A stretch of 62,950 nucleotides of DNA, the filler included, from Nemertoderma westbladi (lineage: Eukaryota; Animalia; Xenacoelomorpha), in NCBI GenBank assembly GCA_032718475.1. It is 3 parts of 3 records of this genome, joined end to end, with 100 filler letters (N's around TTAATTAATTAA, not from the genome) between each part and the next. Parts side by side here need not be neighbours in the genome. Positions count along the whole stretch, not along the records: positions 55,479 to 62,950 come from JAUCBJ010001210.1; 2 more parts are not named here. One strand, 5' to 3'. Below, in pieces: positions 58,250 through 62,950 of this stretch. A program made the position numbers and the translations under genes. The stretch's first letter is position 1; every line of letters begins with the position of its first letter. The notes under the pieces are model-generated. The model searched no databases, had not been told where the DNA came from, and was given only the letters and a program-made list of their open reading frames with translations.

Positions 58250-61200
58250 CCACACAGATACCTGTACTACTGTTGATCAAAGATATATAGTCCAGCCTCA
58301 CTGAAATACAGGAAATTAAAAAAGAGAATATCGCACTTAAACAAGAAAATGTACGTCTGTCGACCAAACTCGAGGATTCGATTAGGAAGCACGATTCTTT
58401 GGAGCAGTATGGCAAACGAAATAACGTACTCCTGCATGGTGCTCCGCTACCTTCTTCAACCAGCGACAGAGACTCATGCATGCATATTCTTACCAAAATG
58501 TTGGCATGTTGTAAAAGGTTGAAATGTTCTTATTTTTTTTTCTTTTCTAGTATAGTATAAATATATAGGAATATCTCTATAATTATCAATTTATTTTACA
58601 GTATGGATAATCCTTATATACGTATTCTAATTGTTTCATTATTAGGTTATTGTAATCTTACATGTACAAGATAAATAATTCTTATTGTATCTGGTTAGCT
58701 CGTAGACTGTATATTATTATAAGCTTATATTAAATAAGACTGCTTGTAGTAAGTTGGCTGTTGTTTGGTTACCCACGTGTATACTGTGGTATATTTCTAT
58801 TTGTATCTGTGTAACTGTAAGTCAATGATAAAGTATTCTCATTCCCCCTATACAGTATGCCATTGCCTGCGATTCACGCACTAACCCCTTGTGCCTTTTG
58901 CTACTCAGACAATTAATGACAATGATACTAGTTTCCATTGTAGTTCATTTAAACTTTCACCTGCAGTGCGGATCTTATTTATCACCCCCTGTCTTTCCTA
59001 AACTCATCTCAGATTTTACGCCCTCCTTCTGTATTTTCTGTTGCGCCCAAATATTTCCATTTTCATCTATCCCTGATGATGATCCCGATATCTTTTTTAA
59101 TTATAAACATAACGTCACCAATCCAACAAACCTAACCAATCAAACCTTCTCTAAAATTGACCCAGGTCAAAATATAACAAACATATCGTTCGATAAAGGA
59201 GCATTCTCTACAGAATCATTTTTAAAAGAATTTCCCCCCTCTAAAAACGATTCACTTTCTGTCTTTCACCTAAACTGTTATAGTCTCAATTTGAACTTTG
59301 ATTCAGTAATCATTTTTCTAAAATCTCTAAATTTCAAATTTGATATTTTATGCTTTTCCGAAACTTTTTTTAGTGAAGATACACCAATTGATACATTTAA
59401 TATCGACGGCTATCATTCTCCTATTTTCGACAATAGAAAGTATGGAAAATCTAAACGAGGTGGAACAGCGATTTACGTTTCTAGTGCTTTAGAGTTTAGT
59501 CCTTGTGACGAGTTCTAGATACCGGGCATCGAGAGCTCATGGGTGCGCATATCTCGTCCAAAAACAAAACCAGTAATAATACTAATAATAGGCACCATTT
59601 ATAGACCCCATTCTGTCCACGAAAATGATTTTATTTCCATGATTGATGATACTTTACTTAAACTCCCCTCTAAAAGAAATATTGATGAAATACTAACGGG
59701 CGATTATAATATAAATCTTCTTAAACAAAATAATAATTTAACTCAATAAACTCAATATACATTAACACACTAAACTCGTACGGTTTTTTACAACTATTGA
59801 CCTACCCAACTAGAATTGCCCAATATTCAACACTGAAAGTCTTTTAGACCACGTAATCACGAACATCACCTCACACATTTCCAATGCTGGTACTTTTCAT
59901 TGTAAAATTGGTAACTCTGACCATCACCCAACCTTCATAGTTTTGCAAAAGTTTCACTGTGTCTTTAATAAATCAAAAACCCATTCAATATACGACTTTT
60001 CAGAATTCAACAAAAAAATTTTTTTTAATGATATTAACAACCCAAATTCCTTGTCATACAAATCTCCAACCATCCCAACTACTGATAAATTTGATACCTT
60101 TTACCTTCTTTGGATTAGCCTCAGTTGGAGCAGCAACTTCATTACTATCTGTATCACTAGTCAGAGTCATGACTTCTTCGTCGTCTTCGCTGCAAACTTC
60201 CTCGTCTTCGCTGCAAACTTCCTCGTCTTCGCTGCAAACTTCCTCGTCTTTGCTGCAAACTTCTTCGGTAGAGATATCAGACCCGTTATCACTAGCCTCT
60301 ACATCATCTTCACCTTGATCAGGAATGACTCCCTCCAAAAATCGAGGATCATAGAACGAATCGACCCGTTTCATCCGATCTCTGTGGGGATAAGTTTTCC
60401 TTTCTCCACCATTACGTGATGGTGGGGTACCGCTTGTACCGGTGGTACTGGTACAGGAACTCATCATTTCCAGATTTCTGTATTACAGTACTGTATTACT
60501 GTACTACCGTACACAATGTACAACAGTAGGCCTACTGCATAGAGTATTTATACAGTAGGTTTATTTATAGGAATACGTAGTGGAACTGAAATGAAACTAA
60601 AACGATGATCTAAAATTTACTATGCACTTGAAAGTTAGTGAGACATATCCTTACATTACAGGTAATTGCCAAGAGAGCGGAGCCTTATGTTCGCTCCCAG
60701 TGTTGCAATGTCACATTCACTGGTCTCTTTTACTTATCATGAATGTAAACTGAAATTAAATTCCACTTAGGTGTTTCTTTTCGAGATTAAATGCATAAAA
60801 AACCATTGGGGTCGTATTGATCCCAATGGTAATTGGCGTGGCCAAGGTAATTAAATTCAAATTAAAAGCGTAAATTAACTTTTTGGTGTGCGAAGTTATA
60901 TGGGTCGTGTAGAGCACATAAAAATTGAGGAATTCATGGAATTTCAGCTCCTGAACATTAATTGGACTGAAATGACAACACTTTCAATGTGTCCTTGGGG
61001 TCTTAAAAGACCCCATGGGAGTCCTTGGGTTTACCATCTGCAATACAAATGATCCCTCAAAATTAGTTACTCATAAAACTCGGCCAATTAAACCTTGGAT
61101 TAACCCTTCTCTACTAAAATCAATTCTTACCAAAGATAAATTATACCGCATTTATTTAAAGTACAAAACTGAAACTAATAAATGCTCTTTCACTAAATAA

Positions 61201-62950
61201 CGCAATCACCTAACTTCCACCCTTAGACTCGCTGAAAAAAATTACTACTCTAACGAATTTAATTCATCTGTTTCTAATATTCCTAAAACTTGGTCCATTA
61301 TAAATACGGCCTTAAATAAATCTAAAAATTCTTGTTCACCCAAACAATTAATCATAAAAACTAATACAAATACTCAAGTAATCTCAGATCCCACCACAAT
61401 TGCTGACACTTTCAATAAACACTTTTCTACTATCGCCTCGTCAATCCAAGCAACAATCCCCAATCAAGTTCGTCACCCCACCAGAAATATCAAACACAAT
61501 AAACCGAATTCATTTACTTTAATTGAGACCACTCCTGTTGAGTTACATTACCATGTATTACACATTAACACAAATTCTGCATCAAATGATTCCTTTCCTT
61601 CTAAACTTTTGAGACTGGCACCTAAACCATTATCACATCACTTAAGTTACCTTTTCAATTTAAGCATATCTAACGGTTTCTTCCCGAAATCTCTAAAAAC
61701 AGCGAAAGTAATACCACTATACAAAAAGGACAATCCAACTGACCCCAACAATTATCGCCCCATTTCACTTCTCCCCATATTTAGTAAATCACTAGAACAA
61801 ATTATAAACTTCCAGTTACAGTCCTACCTTGATAAATACAATATTCTAAGCAAGTTTCAATTTGGATTTTGTTCTAAAACTACTAAGTCTCATGCACTTC
61901 TATCGATTACTGAAAAAATAAATCAGCTCCTTGATTCAAATATCTCATCATGCGCAATCTATATTGATCTACAGAAGACCTTTGATACAGTCCACCATAA
62001 AACTCTTTTATCTAAACTTGAATGCTACGGTATCAGAGGTCGTCCTCTACAACTCATCGAAAGCTTCCTTTCCGATAGGTCTCAGTTCGTTTCAATTGGC
62101 TCCTTTTATTCTTCCCTTCTACCAATAGATTGTGGCGTGCCGCAAGGTTCTGTCCTCTCACCTTTACTTTTCCTTCTCTTTATTAACGACCTTCCTCATG
62201 TCACAAATCTTTTAGCCACTCTCTTTGCAGACGATACCACCTTACTTTCCTTTCACTCCGACTTAAACACTCTAACAAACAATACCAACATTGAACTTAA
62301 TAAATTACATAACTGGCTAATTAATAATCAATTGCTAATTAATTTAAAAAAAACTGAATTCACGATATTTTCAAAAACCAACAATGATCTCTCTAATAAT
62401 CCAAAAATTACTATAAATAATACTGAAATCTCAAATTGCAACACTTCAAAATTATTAGGTGTATGGATTGATAATACGGTCTTAAAACCAATTCGCACAA
62501 AAATAAATAAACTTCTTCGTTGCATCACGTTCACCTACTATCGTAACTCTGCCACTCCAATGTATAAACAATTAAAAATATTACCCCTCAATTTATTGTA
62601 TGAATATCAAGAAGCCTCATTTATGTACGACATCCACTCGAATATTATAAATTCCATATCCGAACTCCAAACTATTTCAAAAACGTAACACAGTCCACTT
62701 GCACTTTACCAGATCGGCTGCCGGAAGTGACTTTACACTCCCCCTTTTCCATTTAACCTCTACTCAACGTTCCCTTAGCTATTGGGGCCCTCATGTCTGG
62801 AACTCGCTGCCCTACGAACTCAGATGCAAAAATTCTAAATCGCTGTTCCAATCACATCTTGAAAATACACTTATTCAATATCTTATAACCTACATTTCCC
62901 ACTAGCAAATTAATTAATCTCAACAAAAATATAAAAATTTCATATTAATT
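58250..62950 (+). mobile_element. CR1/L2-group LINE: ORF1 remnant, APE and RT, degenerate
   Basis: ORF1 LEQYGKRNNVLLHG. APE VFHLNCYSL, FSETF, GGTAIYV, IYRP, GDYN, SDH. RT ORF 61609-62688: NYRPISLL, QFGF, IDLQKTFDTV, GVPQGSVL, FADD; C-terminal WNSLP. Confidence 0.9.
60104..61029 (-). mobile_element. Truncated piggyBac-like element (5' end) inserted in the LINE
   Basis: Ends ...CTTGGG|TTTA with a GGGGTC..GACCCC subterminal palindrome. Acidic N-terminal ORF 60054-60467 contains a 21-bp repeat. TTTACC on both flanks; no second TIR. Confidence 0.55.

Overview
Animal (invertebrate-like, AT-rich, intron-containing) genomic DNA. It consists of three contigs joined by artificial N/TTAATTAATTAA/N spacers (29429-29528, 55379-55478). 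Contig 1 is a nest of repeats: the 5' LTR and leader of an LTR element, an RTE fragment split by a MITE, two orphan exon-like segments whose splice donor is amplified into a 6.4-kb 28-bp satellite, a GC-rich Mag-like Gypsy element, a two-LTR BEL/Pao element inserted antisense into an older relative, and the 3' LTR of another element. Contig 2 holds two spliced host genes: a furin-activated matrix metalloproteinase (7 visible exons) and an SPMAP1/C17orf98 (DUF4542)-like gene with a ~915-aa Asn/Lys-rich N-terminal extension. Intron 1 of the latter carries a full-length RTE LINE, itself interrupted by a Sola2-like DNA transposon. Contig 3 contains decayed Gypsy, CR1/L2-type LINE and piggyBac-like fragments. 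Two observations stand out. (1) Two different LTR families lack a tRNA primer-binding site; instead the bases right after the 5' LTR are exactly complementary to a segment inside their own LTR, suggesting Tf1-like self-priming in BEL/Pao-type elements. (2) Splice sites are repeatedly amplified into tandem arrays, and in the MMP gene only the exon-proximal copy keeps the reading frame. All calls were made by eye; no searches were run.
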